Origin: Candidatus Kapaibacterium sp.
GTDB lineage: Bacteria > Bacteroidota > Ignavibacteria > Kapaibacteriales > UBA2268
Assembly: GCA_026418625.1 (NCBI GenBank)
Contig: JAOABA010000055.1
Span: 73,770-137,769 of the forward strand
DNA length: 64,000 nt
Reading direction: 5' to 3'
The notes beneath the pieces are model-generated. The model made no database searches. It saw nothing but the letters and a program-made list of their open reading frames with translations, and had not been told where the DNA came from. Numbering within the stretch: position 1 is the stretch's first letter; every line of letters starts with the position of its first letter. Below, in pieces: positions 10,197 through 19,766 of this stretch. Position numbers and translations under genes: made by a program.

Positions 10197-10878
10197 TAAT
10201 AGTTAAGAAATAAAAGTTATCAGGTAAAAAGGAAGAAAACAATCTGTGCTCAAGATTAAAGATGAACTTAATAAATCTTGGACTTATATATTTTGATAAG
10301 GATTCACTAAACCAAGTAATGCCAAAGATCTTCTTTTTGTTAAATCGTGAAAATAAGGATTTAATTTCTTTATGGTTAAAGAATGTTGCTGGTGAAGTAA
10401 TTTGGAATTTGTTTAAGATATAACTTTCTCTTGAAGAATATTTACGTCCATAGATCATTACAAAAAACTTTCCGTTTGGCTTTAGTACTCTTTCAATTTC
10501 TTGAACTGTCTTTGAGTGGTTAAGTGAATAAGAAAAGCTACCGAAAAGCGAGATAACCGAATCAAAACTATTATCTTCAAAAGGCATATTTGACATATTA
10601 CCTTTGAAGAAAAAATGTTTAGGAAACTTACTCTTACTAATTTCAAGCATACTTTCGGAGATGTCTAATCCGAAATAGTTTTCAGGTGATAAATCAATAT
10701 TCTCCAATACTATGCCTGTACCGCTACCTACATCAAGAACCTTACCTTCAAGAAAACCGTTATCAAGTAAGTATTTGAAAACAAAGTCGTTTTCGATTGC
10801 GTGAATAGGTTCGTTATAGCATTCATCATAAACCTTGCTCAATCTGTTGTAAATGAGTTTTGGCGTTTCTTTGCTCAT
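10168..10878 (-). CDS. class I SAM-dependent methyltransferase (Methyltransf_11-like)
   Basis: Motif I 'VLDVGSGTGIV' is followed by an acidic 'GLDISE' (motif II) and 'FDSVISLFG'. It has no DPPY/DPPW, so it is not a canonical DNA amino-MTase. Confidence 0.6.
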   Translation of the reverse strand: MSKETPKLIYNRLSKVYDECYNEPIHAIENDFVFKYLLDNGFLEGKVLDVGSGTGIVLENIDLSPENYFGLDISESMLEISKSKFPKHFFFKGNMSNMPFEDNSFDSVISLFGSFSYSLNHSKTVQEIERVLKPNGKFFVMIYGRKYSSRESYILNKFQITSPATFFNHKEIKSLFSRFNKKKIFGITWFSESLSKYISPRFIKFIFNLEHRLFSSFLPDNFYFLTINGQKNAKTL

Positions 10879-11143
10879 TTCATTTCAATCCTAAAAAAGT
10901 TATGTAAAAGTTCTATTTCAGCATTAAATCTGTATCAAATTTTGAAAAAAGTCAAAATTCAACATCACAAAACAACGGAATTATTCTGCAACGGTAAATG
11001 CACCGAGTACCCACACTCAATACTTGCAAATTTACTTGTACTCGTTACAAGTATTCTTTACATACATCAAGTGCTTTTTGGCTTGCAAAGAATTTAAATA
11101 GTTTTGCGGTTGTTGTAGTGTAAAATTTTTGAAATCAAGTATT
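10879..11143. promoter_or_regulatory. divergent promoter region between leftward and rightward phage operons with perfect palindrome TACTTGTA-CTCGT-TACAAGTA (11033-11053)
   Basis: A 265-bp AT-rich gap between oppositely oriented gene blocks. It contains an 8-bp-arm palindrome plus nearby 'CTTGCAAA' direct repeats. 'TAGTTTTG' (TAnnTTTG-like) lies upstream of the rightward genes. Confidence 0.4.
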
Positions 11144-12364
11144 ATGTGGAAAGAAGTATTCAAAGCAGGCAAGCATACAGATGCAAACGGAAACGAGCGT
11201 GAATGGAGTTCCGAAGATATAGATGCAATCATATCAAAGTATAACAATCAAATGCCTGACGATAAGCATGAAGCACCAGTTGTAATCGGGCATCCTGTGA
11301 ACAATTCGCCAGCATACGCTTGGGTTGAATCTCTCAAGAAAGATGGTGAAACATTACTTGCAAAGTTTACACAGATTGACCCTGAATTCGAGCAACTTAT
11401 CAAAGAAGGCAGATACAAAAAAGTATCTATTGCTCTTTATCCTGATATGATGCTAAGACATATTGGTTTTCTTGGTGCTATTCCACCAGCAGTAAAAGGT
11501 TTGAAAGACAGTGAATTTAATGGAAGTAAATCATTTATCTGCTTTGGAGAACTAAAAGGCAACACAATTACAACAGAAATGGAACAGAATGACAAGAATG
11601 CTGGAACAAACAACCAGCGAAATTTGAACACAAAGGAACAGATGTTCAACACTTGTTCAACAGATGTTGAGCAAAGTGGTAACAAAATCCAACAAATTAA
11701 ATTAAAGGAAATTAAAGAAAAGAATATATATTCTTCTCCCTCAAAATTTAGCAATTTTGAAGGACAGGAAAAACCTTTTTCACCCAATCAAAAATCAATC
11801 AATTTTCAAGGAGGCAATATGCCTGAGACACCAGTGTCCGATAAATATTCAAAGCTATTTCAGGAATTGTTGGGGTGGCTTGGTTCTACATTCAACGAAG
11901 AAATTGCTAATCAGACCGCAGAAGAACTTGAGAGGATTAAGAACAAATATCTCAATGATTCTGAATCGAAAACCGAATCAAAGACTGCCTTAGAAGCAAG
12001 TGAGCCAGACGTTAAGCAAAGTAAAGAGTTTCAAGAAATGCAAAGGAAACTTGAACTTCTCGAAAAAGATAACCGAGATATGAAGTTCAATGATTACTTC
12101 AAATCTCAATTAGGTCGTTTAGTTCCAGCACAAAAACCAATCGTTAAACTTGCTTTTGAAGCAATCCAAGATAACAAAGGATTTGAGTTTTCGGAGAATG
12201 GGAACATAGTTAAGATGTCTGGAGAAGATTTGATAAAAAGACTTATTGAATCTTTCCCGGTGCAAATTGAGTTCAATGAAATCGCTAAGCAAAATTCTTA
12301 TAGTGATTCAAATGACCTCGAAGGTCAAAATAAGTTTATTGAAGAATACTATCAAGGGAGATAA
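11144..12364 (+). CDS. putative prohead protease/scaffold protein (Mu gpI-like by position)
   Basis: It is the first gene of the rightward structural operon, directly before the capsid gene. The C-terminal half is E/K-rich and predicted coiled-coil, typical of scaffolds. The start could be the TTG at 11129. Confidence 0.35.
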   Translation: MWKEVFKAGKHTDANGNEREWSSEDIDAIISKYNNQMPDDKHEAPVVIGHPVNNSPAYAWVESLKKDGETLLAKFTQIDPEFEQLIKEGRYKKVSIALYPDMMLRHIGFLGAIPPAVKGLKDSEFNGSKSFICFGELKGNTITTEMEQNDKNAGTNNQRNLNTKEQMFNTCSTDVEQSGNKIQQIKLKEIKEKNIYSSPSKFSNFEGQEKPFSPNQKSINFQGGNMPETPVSDKYSKLFQELLGWLGSTFNEEIANQTAEELERIKNKYLNDSESKTESKTALEASEPDVKQSKEFQEMQRKLELLEKDNRDMKFNDYFKSQLGRLVPAQKPIVKLAFEAIQDNKGFEFSENGNIVKMSGEDLIKRLIESFPVQIEFNEIAKQNSYSDSNDLEGQNKFIEEYYQGR

Positions 12365-12367
12365 GAA

Positions 12368-12748
12368 ATGAGTATTAATCTTGGAATTACAAATCTTGTA
12401 GACATTGAGCCGAATAACGATATTTTTGCGGGCTTACATCCTACTATGGAAGTAAGTGAAATAATCATCCTGTCTGGTCAAAACCTTAAACGAGGTGCTT
12501 GTCTTGGACAGATCAATGCAGAAGCGAATCCTAACAACGGAAAATATACCCTTTGGGATGAAGGTTCAACAGATGGCTCTGAAGTTATATGCGGTATATT
12601 AGGTTGCGATGTTGATGCTACAATCGCTGATGGCAAAGGGTTTATGTATGTTCATGGAGAATTTCTAAAATCAGGTCTTAGTGCCGGGCACGAAATTATT
12701 CCGGGTGTTTATAACAATGGCTCTATAGTGATTAAGGAGGACAAATAA
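12368..12748 (+). CDS. hypothetical head-associated protein
   Basis: A 126-aa ORF between the scaffold and major capsid genes, preceded by a strong Shine-Dalgarno-like sequence. No motif is recognised. Confidence 0.3.
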   Translation: MSINLGITNLVDIEPNNDIFAGLHPTMEVSEIIILSGQNLKRGACLGQINAEANPNNGKYTLWDEGSTDGSEVICGILGCDVDATIADGKGFMYVHGEFLKSGLSAGHEIIPGVYNNGSIVIKEDK

Positions 12749-13794
12749 TGAGTGCTTTAATTGATATGTTTGAAGCAAGAAGTTTGACTAATGCAATTAA
12801 TCGTGCAAAAGTAATCGAACCGTTTGTTTTAAATTCTCTTTTTAAAACAAAACAGTTTCACGCTGCAGATAAAATTGATATAGAAATTACAATTGGATCT
12901 GACAAATTAGCTCAATTTGTAAACCAACACGAAGGTGCACAATTAATAAAGAAATTGTCTAAATCAGTTAGGACTTTGACTTTACCGAGAACCTTTGAGA
13001 AAAAAGTGTTTACCGCTTTTGAATTAGCAAATTATAGGTCAATTGGGAATTTATATGTTGCAAATGCTGAAGAGAGAACCAGAATTCCGAACCAAATGAT
13101 TCTCCAAGAGCTTGAAGAACTTAAAAATAGAATAATCCGCCGTCGTGAGCAAATGGCTTGTGAAGCACTTTCAACGGGTAAGCTTATTGTTTCCCAAGAT
13201 AACATTGATTTCGTTGCCGAATTTGAGTTTGAAAATAACGTACATCTTCATTCACTTACTTCAACTTCAAAATGGAGTGATGCTAATTCCAAACCATTGG
13301 TTAATTTAAGAGCTTGGAAACGTGATATTATGAAACGATGTGGCTTTAATGCCGATCTTTTGATTTTGGGTAGTGAAGCAGCTGATGCGTTTTTATCAAA
13401 TGATTCAGTAAAGAAAGAACTCGATACCAATAACAATAAAGTTGGTGTAATTGACCTAAACCAAAGTCCAACACGATCAGGTCTTTTCATCGGAAGGATA
13501 ATGGGTATTGACATATATGAATACAACCAGCAATACACTAAACCCGATAATACAACAGCAGATATGATTAATCCTAAAAAAGCTATTATGATTGCAAGTC
13601 AATCAAATGGATTTAGAGTTCATTTTGGGCCTATTTATCGTATTGACAATGGAAACACAAGAGTTTTCACTGATGAATTTTTAGTAGAAACTAATACAAA
13701 TGAAGATAAGACTGCTTTGGATTGGAAAGTGGAGCAAAAGAGTTTACCGACTATTCACGAACCTAACGCTATCATTTCGGCAACGGTATTGTAA
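12748..13794 (+). CDS. putative major capsid protein
   Basis: A 348-aa ORF following the scaffold-like gene with an AGGAGG ribosome-binding site. The size and position are typical of Mu gpT-like major head proteins. Confidence 0.45.
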   Translation: MSALIDMFEARSLTNAINRAKVIEPFVLNSLFKTKQFHAADKIDIEITIGSDKLAQFVNQHEGAQLIKKLSKSVRTLTLPRTFEKKVFTAFELANYRSIGNLYVANAEERTRIPNQMILQELEELKNRIIRRREQMACEALSTGKLIVSQDNIDFVAEFEFENNVHLHSLTSTSKWSDANSKPLVNLRAWKRDIMKRCGFNADLLILGSEAADAFLSNDSVKKELDTNNNKVGVIDLNQSPTRSGLFIGRIMGIDIYEYNQQYTKPDNTTADMINPKKAIMIASQSNGFRVHFGPIYRIDNGNTRVFTDEFLVETNTNEDKTALDWKVEQKSLPTIHEPNAIISATVL

Positions 13795-14207
13795 TGTATT
13801 GCACAGTTCAAGATATAGTTGATGATTTAACTGAAAAAGTTGTTGCTCAATTAAGCAACGATGAAGAGCCAAATGTTGTAAATGATGAAATTGTAAGTAA
13901 ATACATTTTGGACGTTACACAGATAATTGACGGTTATCTTAGAGGCAGATATGAATTGCCAATTATAAATGAACACTCAATACTCAAAAAGATTTGCATT
14001 GACATTGTGAAATACGAGCTTTACAAACGAAGAGGGAAAGTATTCGACAATATACAAAACTTTTACAAAGATGGAATTGCAACACTCGAAAAGATTCAGA
14101 AAGGGATGATTACATTGAACGAAGGCACAGCAGAATCAAGACCAGGATTCTTTTTAGTTTCAGAAAGAAAACCTGTTTTTGATAAAACAAAGTTGGAGAA
14201 TTACTGA
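13794..14207 (+). CDS. head completion/adaptor protein (Mu gp36/DUF1320-like by size and position)
   Basis: A 137-aa ORF immediately after the capsid gene, with an ATGA stop-start overlap. Confidence 0.35.
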   Translation: MYCTVQDIVDDLTEKVVAQLSNDEEPNVVNDEIVSKYILDVTQIIDGYLRGRYELPIINEHSILKKICIDIVKYELYKRRGKVFDNIQNFYKDGIATLEKIQKGMITLNEGTAESRPGFFLVSERKPVFDKTKLENY

Positions 14208-14608
14208 TGATGATAACAGAAATTGAATCTGCTATTGTTGATAAGCTAAAAATTGACATTCAAGACTTAGCAGTAGAGCCATTTCCTGATAACGTCAAGG
14301 ATTACGAGTTATTACACCCAAAAGGTGCAGTACTTGTGAGTTATGAAGGTTCTAACTATACTAATCCAAGAATAGAGCAACAAGCAAGGATGCTTGAATT
14401 TGATGTTATCGTAATCGTTAGAAACCTACGTTCCCATCTTGGTGCTTATGAAACTTTGGACAGAGTGAGACAGTCGCTAACGAATGATCTATTTATTGAA
14501 AATATGAAACTATATCCTATTTCAGAAAAGTTTTTGTTTGTTGAAGAAGACAAATGGCACTACGAAATAAGATTTATGCTTCCAACAGTTTATTTTATTG
14601 GAGAATAA
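14207..14608 (+). CDS. head-tail joining protein (Mu gp37-like by position)
   Basis: A 133-aa ORF translationally coupled to the previous gene. Confidence 0.3.
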   Translation: MMITEIESAIVDKLKIDIQDLAVEPFPDNVKDYELLHPKGAVLVSYEGSNYTNPRIEQQARMLEFDVIVIVRNLRSHLGAYETLDRVRQSLTNDLFIENMKLYPISEKFLFVEEDKWHYEIRFMLPTVYFIGE

Positions 14609-14610
14609 CG

Positions 14611-14910
14611 ATGGACTTTGCAAATGGATTGATTAACAATGCTATACAATTCGGACTTTTGATAGTTGGATTGATTACTTTCTATTTTATGCTGAAAAGA
14701 GATAACAGGAAGGCAAACGAAGAAGTATTTTCAAGTAAGTTAGCCGAAATAGAGAAGTTTAATAATCTCGAAAAAAGAGTTAAACTGCTCGAACAGAGAG
14801 TTGATTTATACGATGACTCAATTCGGAAAGAACTTGAAGACATAAAAAAATTACTGAATGACTTAAACAAACAATTTCATAATCATTTAACATCAAATCA
14901 CAGGAGTTAA
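14611..14910 (+). CDS. small membrane protein with C-terminal coiled coil (holin/antiholin-like)
   Basis: It has a GGAGAA ribosome-binding site with the ATG at 14611. There is one N-terminal TM segment ('FGLLIVGLITFYFML'). The C-terminal region is charged and predicted coiled-coil. Confidence 0.3.
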   Translation: MDFANGLINNAIQFGLLIVGLITFYFMLKRDNRKANEEVFSSKLAEIEKFNNLEKRVKLLEQRVDLYDDSIRKELEDIKKLLNDLNKQFHNHLTSNHRS

Positions 14911-14912
14911 AG

Positions 14913-15257
14913 ATGAACACTAAAATTAAATCAGCCATTGATTTCGTGCTTAGAAATGCAGTTTGGCTTATCATCGGAATTGTAGCAGTTTTCTTCTTAC
15001 GTCCGGGAACAGCTGAAATACAAACTTTTCTTTTTATAGCAACTCTTGAAGCAATGGCATTATCTTTATCTGGAATAGCTCTATTTACTTACACTAAGAT
15101 ACCTTTCACAAAACTAATTATGGAAGGTGATGACAAAGAGCTTAATAGTGTTGAAAGGCATTCCATAATGGTTGTATTAGGTTATATATTCTTGGGAGTG
15201 CATATATTGGTAGGTCTTGTTGTTTTAGGTGTATATATTGCTCAGTTTTCGCATTAA
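14913..15257 (+). CDS. holin-like multi-pass membrane protein
   Basis: A 114-aa protein with three hydrophobic segments ('AVWLIIGIVAVFF', 'FLFIATLEAMALSLSGIALF', 'IMVVLGYIFLGVHILVGLVVLGVYI'). It sits directly upstream of the CHAP hydrolase. Confidence 0.35.
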   Translation: MNTKIKSAIDFVLRNAVWLIIGIVAVFFLRPGTAEIQTFLFIATLEAMALSLSGIALFTYTKIPFTKLIMEGDDKELNSVERHSIMVVLGYIFLGVHILVGLVVLGVYIAQFSH

Positions 15258-15266
15258 GGATTAACT

Positions 15267-15866
15267 ATGAAAAGATTTGTTATCATAACGATATTGCTTC
15301 TTTTAGTCGCCACAGTTGAAACTTTTTCTGCTTCAAGATATTTAATATCTTGTGATAGTGAGCTGTTAATGGTTTCTCGTGATAGCTTACTTGCTCAAGT
15401 AGGTATTAAAGAAAAAACTGGAAGAAATGATGGACGTGATGTTGAAGCTTACCTTAGAAGCGTAGGTTTGGCAAAAGGTAATCCTTACTGTGCAGCAGGA
15501 CAATATTGGTGTTTTTACTCATCAGCAAAAGATTTGGGATTGCCTACTAAATCTATCCCAATTCATAAAACAGGTTCTACCGTTACAATGTTGAACGAAG
15601 CTATCAAAATTGGTCAAAAGACAAATTCTAATCCTAAGGTTGATGATTTGATGTTTTGGAGAAGACCAAACCAGTGGAGTGGACACGTTGAACGGATTAT
15701 TGAAGTGAAAAAAGCGGGTTGGGTTGATACTATCGGTTTCAATACAAGTTCTGGAGATATTGGTTCTCAAGATGATGGTGGTGGCGTTTATAAGCGTAAA
15801 CGAAATATTCATCACTTTTTAGGTAGAATGGTTGTAAGAGGTTTCATAGGATTTAAAGCAGTATGA
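15267..15866 (+). CDS. CHAP-domain peptidoglycan hydrolase (endolysin or virion lysin) with signal peptide
   Basis: It has an N-terminal signal-like segment 'MKRFVIITILLLLVATVETFSA'. 'NPYCAAGQYWCF' (catalytic Cys context) and 'WSGHVERII' (His) fit the CHAP Cys/His peptidase signature. Confidence 0.5.
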   Translation: MKRFVIITILLLLVATVETFSASRYLISCDSELLMVSRDSLLAQVGIKEKTGRNDGRDVEAYLRSVGLAKGNPYCAAGQYWCFYSSAKDLGLPTKSIPIHKTGSTVTMLNEAIKIGQKTNSNPKVDDLMFWRRPNQWSGHVERIIEVKKAGWVDTIGFNTSSGDIGSQDDGGGVYKRKRNIHHFLGRMVVRGFIGFKAV

Positions 15867-16318
15867 AAGAAAAGTATCATTTATTAATAGGGATAGTTCT
15901 ATTAGCAATATCTTTGCTTTTATGTTTCTACTTGGGAAGAAGTTCAAAGCATTACAATGAATTCACAAGTGTAATTACTAAAAGAGATACTGTAATTATT
16001 GTTAAACAAGCTGAACCTATAACGATTGAAAAAGCAAGGACAAAACTCATTTTTAAGCGTGATACTATTATTGAAACGAAACCATTTACTGCTATTATTG
16101 ATACCATTATCAAACGAGATACGGTATATGCAAAGTTTGATTTCCCTGAAAACAGTTTCGATCTTTGGATTAGGAAGAAACCTGATAGCACGATGGTTCA
16201 TACGATTTATATCACTAAAGAAATCGTGAAAGAAAGACCTTGGTGGGAAGCACCAGCTTTCACATTGGGAGGCACAATCGTTGGTTATGTCATAGGTAAA
16301 TCCTTCGGTAAAGATTGA
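15863..16318 (+). CDS. membrane protein (spanin-like candidate)
   Basis: It has an N-terminal TM segment ('LLIGIVLLAISLLLCFYLG'). A C-terminal hydrophobic segment reads 'FTLGGTIVGYVIGKSF'. It is coupled to the CHAP gene by an ATGA overlap. Confidence 0.3.
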   Translation: MKEKYHLLIGIVLLAISLLLCFYLGRSSKHYNEFTSVITKRDTVIIVKQAEPITIEKARTKLIFKRDTIIETKPFTAIIDTIIKRDTVYAKFDFPENSFDLWIRKKPDSTMVHTIYITKEIVKERPWWEAPAFTLGGTIVGYVIGKSFGKD

Positions 16319-16614
16319 GGTTTTTTATGTGGATTCAGAAAGCAGAAATTATTGATGGTGAAATTAGGTATAACATACTGGGTAAAATCAAGTTAAATGA
16401 ACTTGATACAGATATAGCAGATAAACACCATATTCACGAACAGAGTTCTGCGAGTAATGTTTGGCACGTAAATCATAATTTAGGTAAGAACCCGGCAATA
16501 TCTACAGTTGACAGTTCAGGAACAGTCGTTTATGGCAATGTAGAACATATTAATGATAACGAACTTAGAATTTTATTTAAGTATCCATTTTCAGGCAAAG
16601 CATATTGTAATTAG
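16315..16614 (+). CDS. hypothetical protein
   Basis: A 99-aa ORF upstream of the tail fibre gene. No motif is recognised. Confidence 0.25.
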   Translation: MRFFMWIQKAEIIDGEIRYNILGKIKLNELDTDIADKHHIHEQSSASNVWHVNHNLGKNPAISTVDSSGTVVYGNVEHINDNELRILFKYPFSGKAYCN

Positions 16615-16623
16615 GAGAATCAA

Positions 16624-18204
16624 ATGCCGATACCATTTTTAAACGATATTGATTTATCAGGCGTACTGACTTTACTTAACGGTACTGGTTATTTAGACCT
16701 TGATAAGAATGAAATCAGACAGGCAGTAGTTCAAAATCTTGCTTCTGAGCCAGCTTCTCCATTAGCCGGGCAGATAATTCATAATACTGCCAAAACCGAT
16801 GCAGTTAAAGGCAACGGAAAATTCGGTTATAGAACTGCTACATCTTGGGTTTATCCTGATATGGAAAAATCTGTCTATGATACCAACAACAACGGTAAAG
16901 TTGATGTTGCCGATAATTCCGACTTATTGAATAATCAAAATGGTGCATACTATCTGAATAGGATTAATCATACTGGCACACAAACCTCCTCAACGATTTC
17001 AGATTTTGTTGAAGCTTCTCAAGATGCTATTGGTGGTGCATTAATTGATACTAATTCAATTGACTTTACTTATGATGACACCAATAATCAAATAAAAGCT
17101 GATGTTAAGATTGTTTCGGGTGGTGGGATTGAAATTGTTGCTAATGGTCTCCAATTAACAAACACAGGAGTTTCTGCCGGTACTTATACTAAAGTAACAG
17201 TTGATGTGAAAGGTAGGATAACATCTGCTACAAATTTAACTTCTGGAGATTTACCTTCACACACCCACACATCGAGCAATATAACTGATTTCCATACAGC
17301 TGTAAGAACAAACAGACTTGACCAAATGGCTGTTCCAACAACGTCTTTGAATCTGAATAGTCAAAAGATAACAAACCTTGCAGACCCTACAAGTCCACAG
17401 GATGCTGCTACGAAAAACTATGTAGATAATGCTGTTTCTGGTTTATCTTGGAAGAACAGCGTCAGAGTTGCAACAACGTCAAATATCACTTTGTCTGGAA
17501 CTCAAACTATAGATGGCATTGCTCTTGCTGTTGGTAATAGAGTTCTTGTCAAGAATCAAACAACTGCATCGCAAAACGGCATATACGTTGTAGCTTCAAC
17601 TTCTTGGTCAAGAGCTACCGATATTGATACTTGGGCAGAGGTGGTAAGTGCAGCAGTATTTGTAGAACAGGGTACAGTTAATGCAGATACAGCTTGGATA
17701 TGTAATGTTGATAGTGGCGGGACATTAGGCACTACTGCAATTAGTTGGACTCAGTTCAATGGCGTTGCAGAATTAGTTGCTGGAAATGGTTTATCAAAGA
17801 CGGGGAATCAAGTTGATGTAAATGTTGATAATCAATCTATTGAAATAGTTTCTGATATTCTTCAAGCCAAACTTGATTCTAATGGTGGAATCAGTAAATC
17901 AGCGAGTGGACTAAAAGTTAATGTTGACAATTCTACCCTTGTTATTACGGGTAATCAATTAGTTATTAATGGAGCGTATAAGAACAAGAAAGTTACTGCT
18001 TCCATCACTGGAGATAATTCCACTACTACGTTTTCAGTAATTCATAATCTTGGAACAAAAGACATACTTATAGATGTATATGAAAACACAACAGGATATA
18101 CTGTTTTCCCATTGATTGAAAGATTTGACACAAATACAACGAAAATATCTTTCAAAGTTGCTCCAGCAACTACAAAGGTTTATAATGTAGTAATTTTAGG
18201 ATAA
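16624..18204 (+). CDS. phage tail fibre protein
   Basis: It contains the conserved fibre motif 'KITNLADPTSPQDAATKNYVDN'. It also has Thr/Ser/Gly/Asn-rich repetitive beta-type sequence and an AGGAGA ribosome-binding site. Confidence 0.55.
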   Translation: MPIPFLNDIDLSGVLTLLNGTGYLDLDKNEIRQAVVQNLASEPASPLAGQIIHNTAKTDAVKGNGKFGYRTATSWVYPDMEKSVYDTNNNGKVDVADNSDLLNNQNGAYYLNRINHTGTQTSSTISDFVEASQDAIGGALIDTNSIDFTYDDTNNQIKADVKIVSGGGIEIVANGLQLTNTGVSAGTYTKVTVDVKGRITSATNLTSGDLPSHTHTSSNITDFHTAVRTNRLDQMAVPTTSLNLNSQKITNLADPTSPQDAATKNYVDNAVSGLSWKNSVRVATTSNITLSGTQTIDGIALAVGNRVLVKNQTTASQNGIYVVASTSWSRATDIDTWAEVVSAAVFVEQGTVNADTAWICNVDSGGTLGTTAISWTQFNGVAELVAGNGLSKTGNQVDVNVDNQSIEIVSDILQAKLDSNGGISKSASGLKVNVDNSTLVITGNQLVINGAYKNKKVTASITGDNSTTTFSVIHNLGTKDILIDVYENTTGYTVFPLIERFDTNTTKISFKVAPATTKVYNVVILG

Positions 18205-18208
18205 AAAG

Positions 18209-19744
18209 ATGTCTGCTACTCCGGTACTTGATGATTTTGATATGAATTATTCCGAAATTTTGAAAGGAAGGTTGGAGAATGTGATTTCTTTACCTACTGG
18301 ACTTAATTCAAATCATCGTGGTTATGCAGTTTATTATGCAAGTAGAATATGGGTTTGGAACGGTTTACAATGGATAACTTGGGACAGTTTGCCCTGGTCA
18401 TACGAGGATAATGATGCCCTTGACAGCAATAATCCAAGAGATGAAATTACGCCATTCAATGCGACAAGTTATTATCTGGATGGAAGTAATACTAATCCTT
18501 GGAATATCAATATATCAGAAGGATACGATGATAATGTTGCAAGAACTATTGGAACTCTCCATTTTATTGGAACAACAAGAATAATTAGCGATTGGCAAAC
18601 TATAAGAGGTAGAAGGTTTGTTTATACGGCAAAGGACGGCTCTTGGTTCAATATTAAGAATTTATCCATAAATACTGTTCCCACAAATCATAAACGTATT
18701 GACACAAGAACAGACACTGATTTAACGGAATTAATTAAAGCAGAGTTTTCGTATAGTCCAACCTCTGATGTTTGGATATTGGTAAGTTTTGAAAGAAAGA
18801 TGAATACTGCACAACAATCATCAGGTCAATCACAATGTTGTAAGCAAGAAATCTATTACGAACTGATTTCAGTTGTAGGTGGAGACAAACTTCAGCTTGG
18901 TGGTGTACCAAATGGCTTATTAACAAGCGGAGATGATTGTTCATATTTCCAAGTTCATATCCAAGGTGAATGGAGCGTTGAACCAATGGACAATGACGAA
19001 GGTCTTGACTTCCAAGGAGTTCCTCTTTATTGTCAGTTTTTGATTCGACAAGATGAAAATTCTGCGTGGAATATAGTTAAATCAGTAAGGTATAATTGGC
19101 AATCTGGAGAAACAATATACTTCGATGAAGAATTCATTTATTTGAATACTGGCAGTTTTTACGTTGGTTGCTCATTTTCAGATGAAGAATTCGGAAATGG
19201 ACATACTGTTTATCCTATTCAAAATTTCGAGAGATTTTGGATTAGAATGAATGTTGTAAAATGCCCTAAAACAAGTTGGTTTAATAGATATGACATTCTC
19301 AGTACTGGTGTAGTTCCTTTAAGCCAATTTATTGGCTATGCTCCTAGTCCAATTGGAGAGGGTTTACCCTTTGACGGTTACTATGAAGTTATGGCATTTG
19401 TTGAATTTAAAGAATATGAGTCCAATAGAATAAATACTGCTTCTTGTGTCAGTTCACAGACTTTAGAATTAATGGCACCGATGGACAATTGGAGATTGGT
19501 AGATAAAAGTGGGGTGATTTCAGTTACAGCAACTCACGAAGATGTAAAATGGTTCAATTTTTCATTACAGGGTTCTGTAATTATTTTCGCACAATCTAAT
19601 ATTTGTGGTTCAAGAGCAGTAAGCTATAGAGTTACTTTACCCAACGGATCATTCAGACAAATTCTCGGTGGCTACATTCACGTGAAGTATTTAGGAACGA
19701 TTGAAGGATTGAATTGTAAAGAAGTCCAGCAAGGCGGGCAATAA
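18209..19744 (+). CDS. phage structural protein, hypothetical (Cys-rich)
   Basis: A 511-aa ORF in the structural operon. No motif is recognised. Confidence 0.3.
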   Translation: MSATPVLDDFDMNYSEILKGRLENVISLPTGLNSNHRGYAVYYASRIWVWNGLQWITWDSLPWSYEDNDALDSNNPRDEITPFNATSYYLDGSNTNPWNINISEGYDDNVARTIGTLHFIGTTRIISDWQTIRGRRFVYTAKDGSWFNIKNLSINTVPTNHKRIDTRTDTDLTELIKAEFSYSPTSDVWILVSFERKMNTAQQSSGQSQCCKQEIYYELISVVGGDKLQLGGVPNGLLTSGDDCSYFQVHIQGEWSVEPMDNDEGLDFQGVPLYCQFLIRQDENSAWNIVKSVRYNWQSGETIYFDEEFIYLNTGSFYVGCSFSDEEFGNGHTVYPIQNFERFWIRMNVVKCPKTSWFNRYDILSTGVVPLSQFIGYAPSPIGEGLPFDGYYEVMAFVEFKEYESNRINTASCVSSQTLELMAPMDNWRLVDKSGVISVTATHEDVKWFNFSLQGSVIIFAQSNICGSRAVSYRVTLPNGSFRQILGGYIHVKYLGTIEGLNCKEVQQGGQ

Positions 19745-19766
19745 GAATTTATTTAAGGAAAAAAAT

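Noticed and set aside
10801-11247. ORFs 10801-11097 (+) and 11032-11247 (-) in the divergent intergenic region as a repressor/Cro pair
   Set aside because: Both overlap real flanking genes or the promoter region. Neither has an HTH-like sequence or a convincing start context.
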